Source: an uncultured Chitinophaga sp. (GTDB taxonomy: Bacteria; Bacteroidota; Bacteroidia; NS11-12g; UBA955). Taken from it: 64,000 bases of DNA. Position 1 is the first letter of the stretch, and every line of letters begins with the position of its first letter. The DNA lies in the NCBI GenBank assembly GCA_964438995.1, contig CAYTMQ010000004.1, forward strand, positions 223,688 through 287,687. The letters are read 5' to 3'. The translations under genes and the position numbers were made by a program. A model generated the notes under the pieces. That model saw only the letters and a program-made list of their open reading frames with translations, was not told where the DNA came from and made no database searches. Shown piece by piece: positions 1 through 9,493 of the stretch.

Positions 1-946
1 AACAGCCAATGCCAACCATATCAGTTTACCAATTGCATTGTTAAAACCCATGAGTCGGGTAACATTTTTTGAAGTTGAATCGCCAAATCAACCCAGTAGA
101 TTTACAGCTTGGTTGATTGGCAAACCTGAGCCAATTGTTTCTTATCCCATCAACTCTTATACCACCACAAAAGATTCCATTTATTTGGATGTTTTTCATA
201 CAGATGGATTTAGAAAAACAGAGATTATCCCCAACAATGCCATTAATAAAGCATTTATAATAAAAGAGAAATTGTTTCTCTTGGGCTCAGATGGGTTTGG
301 TAGAGATTTGTTAAGTAGGATAATACTTGGTAGTCGCGTATCTCTCGCAGTTGGCATAGTGGCGGTCATCATTTCACTTCTAATAGGCACAGTTTTAGGA
401 TTGCTAGCAGGATATTTCAGAGGCAACACCGACCATGTGATTTCATGGTTTACAAATGTTATTTGGAGTCTACCAACTATGTTGCTTGTTGTTGCAATTA
501 GCTTTGCCATTGGAAAAGGATTTTGGCAAATATTTGTTGCGATTGGATTGAGTTCTTGGGTTGAGGTGACAAGGATAGTAAGAGGTCAAGTGTTTGCATT
601 AAGAGAGAAAGAATTTGTACAAGCTGCAAAAGTTCTAGGTTTTAAACCAATTAGAATAATGTTCAAACACATTCTTCCTAATTTGAGAAGTTCGTTGATA
701 GTGTTAGCGGTTTCAATTTTCGGATCTGCAATTCTATTAGAATCAGGTTTAAGCTTTCTCGGACTTGGTTTGGCGCCACCAGCACCTAGCTGGGGCATGA
801 TGATCAAAGAAAATTACCCCTACATTATGTTCGATAGTGCATACCTTGCAATTGTTCCAGGCTTCGTCATTATGGCTTTGGTTATGGCCTTCAATTTTGT
901 TGGCATCGCCTTAAGAGACGCCCTGGATATTCATTTGAAGGAATAA
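1..946 (+). CDS. ABC transporter permease, OppC/DppC-like, 5' partial; the ORF stays open to the window edge
   Basis: Multi-TM protein with the binding-protein-dependent inner-membrane component signature ...ESGLSFLGLGLAPPAPSWGMMI... No stop upstream of 38 in frame. Confidence 0.7.
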   Translation, partial: TANANHISLPIALLKPMSRVTFFEVESPNQPSRFTAWLIGKPEPIVSYPINSYTTTKDSIYLDVFHTDGFRKTEIIPNNAINKAFIIKEKLFLLGSDGFGRDLLSRIILGSRVSLAVGIVAVIISLLIGTVLGLLAGYFRGNTDHVISWFTNVIWSLPTMLLVVAISFAIGKGFWQIFVAIGLSSWVEVTRIVRGQVFALREKEFVQAAKVLGFKPIRIMFKHILPNLRSSLIVLAVSIFGSAILLESGLSFLGLGLAPPAPSWGMMIKENYPYIMFDSAYLAIVPGFVIMALVMAFNFVGIALRDALDIHLKE

Positions 947-949
947 ACT

Positions 950-1819
950 TCAAATTACCTTATAATTTTTATTTTCACCAACCCTCCAACCGGTTAGCTG
1001 TTCAATAAAGTGAAGCAAACGCTTTTTAAATCCCATTTGTTTGATGCTGATGTCGTGCTCAAATTTCCAATTCTGTGATGCTATGCGCTCTTTCATGACT
1101 TCAGGATGCGTGCCCTTATACAATGCTAAACTATCCACTATACTAAAATCGTACATGTCGACATTTGCGTATGTCTTTTCTAAAAACTCATCACTGTGCC
1201 ATAGCTTCCTTGCTTGTTTCAATTTTTCTAATTGTTGTTTGGGATGCTTTACCCAACCATAGTGAAACATACATGCATCAATAGATTTTACATGTAATTT
1301 GCGACCATCAATTCTAAAACCCTGTGCATCTTTATAAGAACGTATTTTTTTATTGTTCTTAATGACCCTAATCTCTTTTCGGTACCAATTTCTGCTGTCT
1401 GCTAAATAATCGTAAGATCCATAAAAATGTTTGTAATCCAATAACAACCCTTCTACCCTTTCATCATGGGCATAGTCTATCATTGCTTCTTTTACTACAT
1501 CGAGATATTGCTCATGCAAACATTCATCAGCTTGAATATAAAAGCACCAATCAGCATTATCAGAAATGGCATCAAAAGCTTTATTGGTTTCAACAGCCAA
1601 TACTTTGCCACCTTCCCTTAAACTATCGTCCCAAATGGTTTCAATAATTTTTATTTTAGGAGAGTCAAACGATTTCACAAATGCCAATGTATCATCATCA
1701 CTTTTACCAACAGCAATAACCATTTCATCTACAAGAGGTAAAATCGAATACACGGCTTCCTTTAAAGGATAGTCGGCTTTCACAACATTTCTTGCAATTG
1801 TAAAACCAGAGACAAACAT
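950..1819 (-). CDS. glycosyltransferase family 2-like protein
   Basis: N-terminal FTIARNVVKADYPL...VIAVGKSDDDT motif typical of a GT2 subfamily. Recognised from memory only. Confidence 0.5.
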   Translation of the reverse strand: MFVSGFTIARNVVKADYPLKEAVYSILPLVDEMVIAVGKSDDDTLAFVKSFDSPKIKIIETIWDDSLREGGKVLAVETNKAFDAISDNADWCFYIQADECLHEQYLDVVKEAMIDYAHDERVEGLLLDYKHFYGSYDYLADSRNWYRKEIRVIKNNKKIRSYKDAQGFRIDGRKLHVKSIDACMFHYGWVKHPKQQLEKLKQARKLWHSDEFLEKTYANVDMYDFSIVDSLALYKGTHPEVMKERIASQNWKFEHDISIKQMGFKKRLLHFIEQLTGWRVGENKNYKVI

Positions 1820-1848
1820 GTTGCGAATTTAGGTTAAATAAAATGAGA

Positions 1849-2391
1849 TTATTTGTATTTTTTCTTGACGTATTTAATGAGAATTAACATGTCTTTTTTC
1901 CATTTTGCAAAATGGTTAAATGAGTTGTACATGTAGTTGATCATTTCAACATCGTCTTTAGGTGCTCGATTGAATTTCTCTTTGAATTTTGCCTCGTGAT
2001 TTTCAATATAAATCTTGAAATCAAGCATACATTCAAACCAATTTCTATAAATAGCATAATTGGTATTAGTAGCTCCTATTGCATAAGTTTTTCTTGATTT
2101 AGGATAACGCATACCGCACAAATTAAAATGGGTAACAGACAACCAACTATAATGTCCATTGGCACCGCTTTCTTCAATTTTTACGGCTAAAAACAGATAT
2201 GCCCATTTACCTAAGTACTTTTTAGCCACCTTATACAGAGTATCTACACCGGGTACACGTTTAAGGTCGAGACCTTTAAGTACATTTGCGGTATCGGCTT
2301 TCTTAGTCAATGTATCTGTTGGCGTTGCAGCTTTAGATTCAAAGACCAAAAAAAAGAGTATCGATATGAAAATACTGCGGATTATTTTCAA
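1849..2391 (-). CDS. secreted glucosaminidase-domain (FlgJ-like) protein
   Basis: Signal peptide; ...KIEESGANGHY...NLCGMRY...AIYRNWFECMLDFKIYI resembles PF01832. Confidence 0.45.
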   Translation of the reverse strand: MKIIRSIFISILFFLVFESKAATPTDTLTKKADTANVLKGLDLKRVPGVDTLYKVAKKYLGKWAYLFLAVKIEESGANGHYSWLSVTHFNLCGMRYPKSRKTYAIGATNTNYAIYRNWFECMLDFKIYIENHEAKFKEKFNRAPKDDVEMINYMYNSFNHFAKWKKDMLILIKYVKKKYK

Positions 2392-2674
2392 ATGTTAAAT
2401 TCAAAGATACCGCCATATCGACTTAGCTTTTCCACAAGTTATGGTCAACAAACCCAACAATACTGCTATAACCAATATTTATCAATCTGTTTATCAGATT
2501 ATTAACAGCAATTTAACAAGCATTTGTAACTTTTGTTATTTAATCCCGATACATCCATAAAACAGTATTTTTTTTGCAATACCCAACCATATTGCCAAAC
2601 TTATCGACTAGTATTTTTAAAAAACCATTATTTACTGTAAATTGCAGAATATTTAAAACGACATCAGAAAATAT

Positions 2675-5158
2675 ATGTTCAAACACCCCTTTAAGCTCTG
2701 TCTCTTGTTCTTTTTGAGTAGCTTTTTTCATAACACTTTACATGCTCAAAATTTCACCATTTCGGGAATCATTACCGACAAAGAAACAAATGAAGTTTTG
2801 ATTGGTGCCTACGTGTTTTGTCCACAAACAGGCATGGGTAGCGTCACCAATAATTATGGATACTATTCTTTAAATATCCCATACGGCACCAAAAACATCA
2901 TGTTCTTAAACGAAGGATATTTCGCAAAAATTGACACAACACTTATCAATTCCAATACCCAGATAGATGTCGGATTGAGAATCATGGAAGATTACGATCT
3001 GCAAACCGATCCATTTTACAATGTGCAAATTGTTGAAGAAGCATCAAATGCAAACGATACATCAGATACTCCTAAGAAGGCAACGATAAAAAACAAACCG
3101 CAAGTCAACGAGTTAATATCTTATGTTTTGAAAACCAATTTCAAAATTATTGATAGAGTTGACAATGGATTGATAGAAGTGCCTGGATTAAACATCAGTA
3201 AAATGCCATCATTAGCTGGAGAAATAGATGCAGGTAGAAGTATCAAATTTTTACCTGGTGTAACGCCTGGTACTGAATTAACCAATGGCATGTATGTTAG
3301 AGGTGGCAGTCAGGATCAAAACTTAGTTCTAATAGATGGTGTTCCAATTTATAATTTAAACCACGCTTTTGGTTTTTATTCGATATTTAATTCAGATGCT
3401 ATTAATAGTATCAACGTTACGAAAAGTGGTTTTTCATCAAAATATGGTGGAAGATTATCTGGCATAACGGATGGTGTGATGAAAGAAGGCAACTCTAAAG
3501 GTGTTCACGGTATTTTTCTTAATAGCTTAGTCGCTTTTACTCTTAATCTTGACGGTCCTCTTTCTAATGATGGCAGAACTACTTTTGCAATCTCTGCAAG
3601 ACGCTCACATTGGGACTTATTTGTATTGCGACCAATTAGCACAGATTCTAGTAAATTCACCTACACATTTTATGATTTAAATGCTAAAGTATGTCACAGA
3701 ATAGACAACAAAAACAAATTGTTTTTTAGTGTGTATTCTAATAGAGATAGGTTTCATACTTACGATATGTCTACAGAATTTAATAGAGGTACAAAATATA
3801 CCAGAGAAACAGATTACGATATCAGATGGGGAAATTTTGCTGGGTCTTTTAAATGGAATAGAATGATCAACCAAAAACTGTTTTCCAATGTTACCATTTC
3901 TTATAGCCAATACAAAAGTCAAATTGGTTTAAAATTTGGCTTAACCGAAGACAGCAATAACATCACCAATTATTCAGCCATTACATACAAATATTACAAT
4001 TTTATAAAGGATGTAAATGCAAAAGTAGATTACGACTATCAATACGATCGTAAAAACACACTGAAATACGGAGTATTCTACTCACTTAAGAGCATCATGC
4101 CAGGTGCAACAAAAATAGATTTTATAGATAGAGGCGTTACCAACACCGATACTTTTTTTGGTGATTCAAAGCCTTTGATATCTCAAGAATATGCAGCTTA
4201 TATCGACGATGAAATTGCATTGAGTAGTAACTCAAAATTATCAATTGGAAGTCGATTTGCTTTATACAATTGTCTCGACAATGCTTATGTTTTCGTAGAG
4301 CCAAGAGTGTCATACAACACAAAAATCAACAACAAATTTGCAGTAAAAGCTAGCTATACAATGATGCACCAACCTTTGCATTTGTTAGCCGATAATATTA
4401 ATGCAAATTTAGGTGCAGTGAGTTATGACAGATGGATTCCAGCATTTGGAAGCATTAAACCATCCCAAGCACAACAGATTTCATTGGGCATCACTCAACC
4501 TTTTAAAAACAGTGTAGAATTGAGCATCGATGCATATTACAAATGGTACAACAATTTGCTAGAAGTAAAAGAAGGTGAAGACATCACAGGTGGTTTACTA
4601 ACTTCAAATGAGTTTCAAAACAGCGTATTATTTGGAAAAGGTTGGAATTATGGTATTGAGACTTTTTTGCATAAAAGAAGAGGCGATTTCACTGGCTGGA
4701 TAGGTTACACATTATCGTGGGCTACTAGAAATACTCCTGGCATAAACAGAGATGAAAATTACTATTATCAATTCGACAGAAGACATTATTTAAACATGGT
4801 TGGACAGTTTAGAATCAACGACGAATACACTGGTTCTATCAACATAGTGTATTCTACAGGCAATCTTCAATCGGTTCCAATTGGAAAATACATGGACATC
4901 AATGGTAATATTGTGTATGATTACACCGAAAAAAACAATTATAGATTGCCTAGTACCATTAGATTTGATATTGGATTAACCAAAATAAGAGACGAAAGTT
5001 GGGGCACCGAAAGTGGTTACAGATTCTCAATATATAACGCATTGGCAAGAATCAATCCTGCCTATGTGTACATAGACAATTCAGGCGCTAAACCACAAGC
5101 ATATTTGAGAGGATTTTTAGGCTTTATTCCAGGTATTACTTATTACATAAAATTTTAA
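2675..5158 (+). CDS. TonB-dependent receptor with a CarboxypepD_reg-like N-domain and a plug
   Basis: NFTISGIITDKETNEVLIGAYVF (CarbopepD_reg). Plug: GRSIKFLPGVTPGTELTNGMYVRGGSQDQNLVLIDGVPIYN. Ends in a C-terminal F (...YYIKF). Confidence 0.8.
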   Translation: MFKHPFKLCLLFFLSSFFHNTLHAQNFTISGIITDKETNEVLIGAYVFCPQTGMGSVTNNYGYYSLNIPYGTKNIMFLNEGYFAKIDTTLINSNTQIDVGLRIMEDYDLQTDPFYNVQIVEEASNANDTSDTPKKATIKNKPQVNELISYVLKTNFKIIDRVDNGLIEVPGLNISKMPSLAGEIDAGRSIKFLPGVTPGTELTNGMYVRGGSQDQNLVLIDGVPIYNLNHAFGFYSIFNSDAINSINVTKSGFSSKYGGRLSGITDGVMKEGNSKGVHGIFLNSLVAFTLNLDGPLSNDGRTTFAISARRSHWDLFVLRPISTDSSKFTYTFYDLNAKVCHRIDNKNKLFFSVYSNRDRFHTYDMSTEFNRGTKYTRETDYDIRWGNFAGSFKWNRMINQKLFSNVTISYSQYKSQIGLKFGLTEDSNNITNYSAITYKYYNFIKDVNAKVDYDYQYDRKNTLKYGVFYSLKSIMPGATKIDFIDRGVTNTDTFFGDSKPLISQEYAAYIDDEIALSSNSKLSIGSRFALYNCLDNAYVFVEPRVSYNTKINNKFAVKASYTMMHQPLHLLADNINANLGAVSYDRWIPAFGSIKPSQAQQISLGITQPFKNSVELSIDAYYKWYNNLLEVKEGEDITGGLLTSNEFQNSVLFGKGWNYGIETFLHKRRGDFTGWIGYTLSWATRNTPGINRDENYYYQFDRRHYLNMVGQFRINDEYTGSINIVYSTGNLQSVPIGKYMDINGNIVYDYTEKNNYRLPSTIRFDIGLTKIRDESWGTESGYRFSIYNALARINPAYVYIDNSGAKPQAYLRGFLGFIPGITYYIKF

Positions 5159-5159
5159 A

Positions 5160-6011
5160 ATGAAGAACGTAAACATATTGATGGTTTTTGTGATGCTGAC
5201 ATTTGCATCATGCATAAAAAAGATAGATTTAGATTTGCCAAATTATAGCAGCAAATTGGTTGTTAATGGTGAATTAGATTCTAAACAAGACATCACTGTT
5301 CAGGTCAGTAGAAGTTTGCCTATTATGCAAGCTTCTGATTCTACAGGATACTTGATTCAGAATGCAACGGTAAAAGTATTTGAAAACAACGTACTAATTG
5401 GAAACGCCGTGTATTTTAGCGGTAAATATGTATTGAACAAGCAGCCTAAAAATGGCGCAACATATCGAATTGAAGTTAGTGCTACGAATTACAACACTGC
5501 TACAGCCAATTTAAAGATTCCGAACGATGTGCCCATCACCTCTAGTTACATCGATTCTATTGGTTTGGATGCAGATGGTTTCAAAGTTGGTCAGTTAACT
5601 GTTAATTTTACCGATGATGCTTCTATTGGCAACTATTACAAATTTTTAATCAATTACTACGAATCAGGTTCGGGCACATGGTATCCATTTAAGTTTAACT
5701 CAACTGATATTTTGTTTGTCAACAATGAAAAGCTAAAAGATGGTTCATACTTGTTTAGTGATGGTACTTTTGCTGGTAAAACAAAAACACTGGTTTTCAA
5801 AGTGCCTGATGGATTAATTGGTGGCTCTCCTAAGTTTGAAATTTCTTTGAAATCTTTCAACTCTGATTATTACAATTATTTGCAACAAACAGATACTTAC
5901 AACCAATCTGGCAATGGATTTAGCAACGACCCAATTATCTTAAGAACCAATGTAACCAATGGCTTAGGAATGGTTGGTGGAGTATGCAACGCCAAAGACA
6001 CCATATTTTAA
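5160..6011 (+). CDS. DUF4249-like lipoprotein, the usual partner of this TonB-receptor type
   Basis: Lipoprotein signal ...TFASC; placed 2 nt after the receptor gene; size and composition fit DUF4249. Confidence 0.5.
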   Translation: MKNVNILMVFVMLTFASCIKKIDLDLPNYSSKLVVNGELDSKQDITVQVSRSLPIMQASDSTGYLIQNATVKVFENNVLIGNAVYFSGKYVLNKQPKNGATYRIEVSATNYNTATANLKIPNDVPITSSYIDSIGLDADGFKVGQLTVNFTDDASIGNYYKFLINYYESGSGTWYPFKFNSTDILFVNNEKLKDGSYLFSDGTFAGKTKTLVFKVPDGLIGGSPKFEISLKSFNSDYYNYLQQTDTYNQSGNGFSNDPIILRTNVTNGLGMVGGVCNAKDTIF

Positions 6012-6080
6012 TTGTCAAAAAAAAGATGAATTATGTATACCATACAATAATTCATTTACATTTGCATTAAAGTAGCATCC

Positions 6081-7115
6081 ATGAAACGCTTTTCATTATT
6101 AGCATCGCTATCACTTATTCTATCGGGTTCAGTATTTGCACAAATTGGAGGTAAATCAAATTTTGCATTCTTAAACATGAATGCATCATCTCGTCAGGTT
6201 GCGCTTGGCACCAATTTCGTTTCTGTATTCGACAATGATATCAGTCAAGCTTGGAACAACCCAGCCATCTTAAACGAACAAATGCACAACCATGCTTTTG
6301 CTTCATTTAAAAACTATGTCTCTGATATCAAAGGTGGTTATTTTTCATACGGCAGGCATTTCAAAAAGCTAGGCACATTTTCAGCCAATGTCTTGTATAT
6401 GGATTATGGAAAGTTTGATGGCTATACAGAAGCAGGAATTGCAACTGGTACTTTCACCGCTCAAGACCAATGTTTTTCTATTTCATATGGCAATTCCTGG
6501 AGAGAAAAGTATAGAGTTGGCGCTTCTTTGAAATACATTTACTCCATTTACGAATCGTTTGTAAGCAATGGTTTGAGCACAGATATTTCTGCCATGTATT
6601 TAGATACAGCCAAACAATTAAACATCACGGCTTACGCCAGAAATATTGGCTATCAAGTCATACCTTATAGTGGCAGCCCTAGAATGGGATTGCCTTTTGA
6701 ACTGGCAGTAAGCATTTCAAAACGATTAGAGCATTTACCGTTTAGATACCATTTAATCTTTAACAACTTGCAGCGACCAGATATGCGCTATACGATTACA
6801 GAGACCAATCAAAAAGATGAAAATGGTGACAACAAAGTGCAAGTCATGACAATGGGAGACAACATCTTAAGACATTTGGCATTGGGAGGTGAATTGAATT
6901 TGTCTAAACATTTCGTATTGCGTTTTGGATACAACCACATGATGAGAAAAGAAATGACCCAAGACCAAAGAAAAGGTATGGCGGGATTCAGTTGGGGTCT
7001 AGGATTCAGAATCAAGAAATTCCATCTATCATACGGCAGCGGTTCTTATTTCGCTGGCATCAACAGTAATCAATTTAGTTTACTATTTAATTTAAGCGAA
7101 TTCTATAAGAAATAG
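6081..7115 (+). CDS. T9SS-associated outer-membrane beta-barrel, PorQ/PorV family (size favours PorQ)
   Basis: Signal peptide and N-terminal motif ASSRQVALGTNFVSVFDNDISQAWNNPAIL, shared by PorV/PorQ FadL-like proteins; 344 aa. Confidence 0.45.
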   Translation: MKRFSLLASLSLILSGSVFAQIGGKSNFAFLNMNASSRQVALGTNFVSVFDNDISQAWNNPAILNEQMHNHAFASFKNYVSDIKGGYFSYGRHFKKLGTFSANVLYMDYGKFDGYTEAGIATGTFTAQDQCFSISYGNSWREKYRVGASLKYIYSIYESFVSNGLSTDISAMYLDTAKQLNITAYARNIGYQVIPYSGSPRMGLPFELAVSISKRLEHLPFRYHLIFNNLQRPDMRYTITETNQKDENGDNKVQVMTMGDNILRHLALGGELNLSKHFVLRFGYNHMMRKEMTQDQRKGMAGFSWGLGFRIKKFHLSYGSGSYFAGINSNQFSLLFNLSEFYKK

Positions 7116-7122
7116 TTTTTGC

Positions 7123-7170
7123 TATTCGTTATTGGTTATTGGTTATTGGTTATTCGTTATTCGTTATTGG
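7123..7170. repeat. tandem heptamer repeat (TATTSGT)x7
   Basis: tattcgt tattggt tattggt tattggt tattcgt tattcgt tattgg, read directly. Confidence 0.9.
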
Positions 7171-7237
7171 AATAGAATGCAGCAGAGCTGCACTGACATT
7201 AATTTAATTAAAATATTCCGAAATCTTTAAATACTAC

Positions 7238-7290
7238 TATTCGGTAGCCTCCGCCTGAGGCGGACAGGTCCAGTCGGTGACGAGGGAAAT
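7238..7290 (+). repeat. family-1 GC-rich repeat fragment
   Basis: ttcggtagcctccgcctgaggcggacagg...cagtcggtgacgaggg matches the TIR unit of the elements at 55958-56108 and 63375-63684. Confidence 0.7.
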
Positions 7291-7301
7291 CCATTCGAAT
7301 C

Positions 7302-7329
7302 AAAAAAAAAGGACTGCCTTAGCAATCCT
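7302..7329 (-). terminator. rho-independent terminator of the DUF3276 gene
   Basis: On the minus-strand RNA: aggauugc-uaag-gcaguccu stem (one G-U pair) followed by U9. Confidence 0.7.
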
Positions 7330-7339
7330 TTTAAATGTA

Positions 7340-7645
7340 TTAGTTTGATCCAGTTTCTGGATCGTAATCTTTTCTCGAAAATTCGTCGTAGTTGTATTCC
7401 GGTAACAACTCCGATTTTACATGCTTGATGGTTTCATTCAAAGCTTCAGAAAATTTGTTAAAGTCTTCCTTATACAAGAAAATTTTTGATTTAACATAAT
7501 TGCCATCCTCAAACTTTTTCGTGCTTTCTGTGATGGTTAAGAAATAATCGTTAGACTTGGTACTTCTCACATCAAAAAAATACGTCCTCTTTCCAGCTTT
7601 CACACGTTTAGAAAAAATGCTGTTCTTGTCTCTGAAATCTTCCAT
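7340..7645 (-). CDS. DUF3276 (PUR-alpha-like nucleic-acid-binding) protein
   Basis: IFSKRVKAGKRTYFFDVRSTKSNDYFLTITESTKKFEDGNYVKSKIFLYKEDFNKF is the characteristic DUF3276 pattern. Confidence 0.7.
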   Translation of the reverse strand: MEDFRDKNSIFSKRVKAGKRTYFFDVRSTKSNDYFLTITESTKKFEDGNYVKSKIFLYKEDFNKFSEALNETIKHVKSELLPEYNYDEFSRKDYDPETGSN

Positions 7646-7740
7646 TAGGTATAATAAATTTTTTGCTAATTAACACCTTTTTTTCAAATTCAAAAAATTT
7701 TTCTTAATTTGGCAATAAAATTGTACAGTTTATTAAACGC

Positions 7741-8163
7741 ATGAAACACGCACTGACATTCACCTTTTTTCTGTTTTTCGTGAATTTTATTCACGCTGGC
7801 ACGCATGATAGCACTCGCGCAGTAAATGTCGGTGATTCTGTCTTTATCAGTGCATGCCCTTCTCAAGGTTTTAAACACATTCAATACTACCAAAAAACCA
7901 GATTCTCAAATCCTAACGCCACATACGACAAAGCAACCGGAGATAACTTCTACGAATATTTCTTTTCTGAAGGCGACTTCGACTCTAAATATTTACCATG
8001 TACTTACGGCGGTAAAAAATATAGAATTATAGCTTTTAAAACTTTTGTAGAAAATGCCACAGGTGTTGAGAAAACAGCCATGTTCTTAGACATCGGACTT
8101 AATACTGTCGCGTGGGTAGATCTACCTAGTGCAGTCAATGCTCTTGAAGTTTATGTTGAATAA
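7741..8163 (+). CDS. hypothetical secreted protein
   Basis: Signal peptide MKHALTFTFFLFFVNFIHAG; no recognisable domain. Confidence 0.4.
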   Translation: MKHALTFTFFLFFVNFIHAGTHDSTRAVNVGDSVFISACPSQGFKHIQYYQKTRFSNPNATYDKATGDNFYEYFFSEGDFDSKYLPCTYGGKKYRIIAFKTFVENATGVEKTAMFLDIGLNTVAWVDLPSAVNALEVYVE

Positions 8164-8238
8164 TTTCATTTAAAACTTCAAACAAAACTATTCATTATTA
8201 AAATTTCTTTCTCTATGATTGTAGTTTAATCGTAAACT

Positions 8239-9048
8239 ATGTCGTCTTCTTTTAAGTACTTTCTAACTTTTCTTTTCTTTGTCTGTATTACTAACACAAA
8301 AGCACAAGATTCATCTACATCAAAACTAAACCTTTGGCTTGAAAAACATCGCTTCAGCGTAAATGTAGGATATTTTAGAGCGACGTATAAAAAACAAGAT
8401 TTACTTGTGGTCCACAACGGCTACAACCGTTCCATCCGTTTTTTCGATGTTGAAGCTGGCGATATCTCCTATTTCGACAACATTAAAAAACTTCAACTTA
8501 CGGCAACGCAACACAGGGTGCAATTCAATGCCGACTTCAATCACAACATTCAACTATCACTTTCTTCTTCACACCTCAACTATGGCGCATTAACCAATCG
8601 ATTTTACCGTGCCCAAGGCACTTGGAATGGTCAGCACATCAACGACACTGTTTTAATGAGCGATTATGTAAAAGGATTGTATCATACAAACGGTTTGAAT
8701 TTATGGAACTTTGGCATTAAGAAAAAAGTAGACATTGTAAAGCGTCCTAAATATGAGTTGAGTTTGAATTTGGGTTTGCATGCAGGAACAGCTTTTACGA
8801 GTTCAGAAATTGAAATCAGAGATACTGTTGGCAACAAATATTTATACTATACTCCAGGCAATAGAATAGCTGGCTATAACATGGGAGCGAACTCAGTTTT
8901 AGAATCTACTTTCTTTAAACATTACACCTTGAATTGTTTCTGGGATTGGTCGTACATCAATCTTATAAGAGCACCTTTTTATGAAGGGTATGTCAAACAA
9001 AAGGTATTTGCAAACTATTATGGTATCTTGGTTGGTTATAAATTTTAA
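8239..9048 (+). CDS. hypothetical outer-membrane (beta-barrel-like) protein
   Basis: Signal peptide, alternating aromatic pattern, C-terminal ...GYKF. Confidence 0.4.
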   Translation: MSSSFKYFLTFLFFVCITNTKAQDSSTSKLNLWLEKHRFSVNVGYFRATYKKQDLLVVHNGYNRSIRFFDVEAGDISYFDNIKKLQLTATQHRVQFNADFNHNIQLSLSSSHLNYGALTNRFYRAQGTWNGQHINDTVLMSDYVKGLYHTNGLNLWNFGIKKKVDIVKRPKYELSLNLGLHAGTAFTSSEIEIRDTVGNKYLYYTPGNRIAGYNMGANSVLESTFFKHYTLNCFWDWSYINLIRAPFYEGYVKQKVFANYYGILVGYKF

Positions 9049-9053
9049 TCCAA

Positions 9054-9092
9054 TAAAAAAACCTTCCCATTTTCACGAGAAGGTTTTAAAAC
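9054..9092. terminator. bidirectional terminator between convergent genes
   Basis: A-run, aaccttc ... gaaggtt stem, then T-rich flank. Confidence 0.6.
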
Positions 9093-9106
9093 AATTTTAA
9101 AAAATA

Positions 9107-9493
9107 TTATTTGCTTCCGTTTTCTATCCAACAGCTGATGATCATTAAGGTACTATCACTCAGTTTAGGATTCTTTTTAGGCATTGGAGAAAAAGCAGCT
9201 TCGTGTTTCAATGAACCAATAAATCTTGGTTTTTGTGATTCTGCTTTGACATTTTCGTAATTGGTCAAATCTATACCTGCAGCATGACTGCTAGCACTGT
9301 GGCATGATTTTGCACAATTATTATCGATAATGGCTTTAACATTTCCTGTGTAAGTAACATTCATAGTCGCACAATTTGTTGCACTTTCAACAACAGGAGC
9401 TGTAAGTCCTGGACTTGTTTGTTTAGGCGCTGAGCATGCTGCAGCTAACAATAAAATTGTTAGGGTAATTCCTGAGGATAAATTGGTTTTCAT
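9107..9493 (-). CDS. small lipoprotein with a CX3CH motif (PSCyt1-like); paralog of 47901..48254
   Basis: Lipoprotein signal ...LLAAAC; NCAKSCH ... SPMPKKNPKLSDSTLMIISCWIENG resembles the planctomycete cytochrome-c-like domain. Its start overlaps the lon stop as ATGA. Confidence 0.4.
   Translation of the reverse strand: MKTNLSSGITLTILLLAAACSAPKQTSPGLTAPVVESATNCATMNVTYTGNVKAIIDNNCAKSCHSASSHAAGIDLTNYENVKAESQKPRFIGSLKHEAAFSPMPKKNPKLSDSTLMIISCWIENGSK

Noticed and set aside
196-510. Antisense ORFs inside annotated genes (for example 196-510-, 3677-3922-, 10646-10981+, 30966-31241-, 58009-58266-)
   Set aside because: They are embedded in well-supported longer genes on the other strand with low-complexity translations. 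They are typical AT-rich shadow ORFs.
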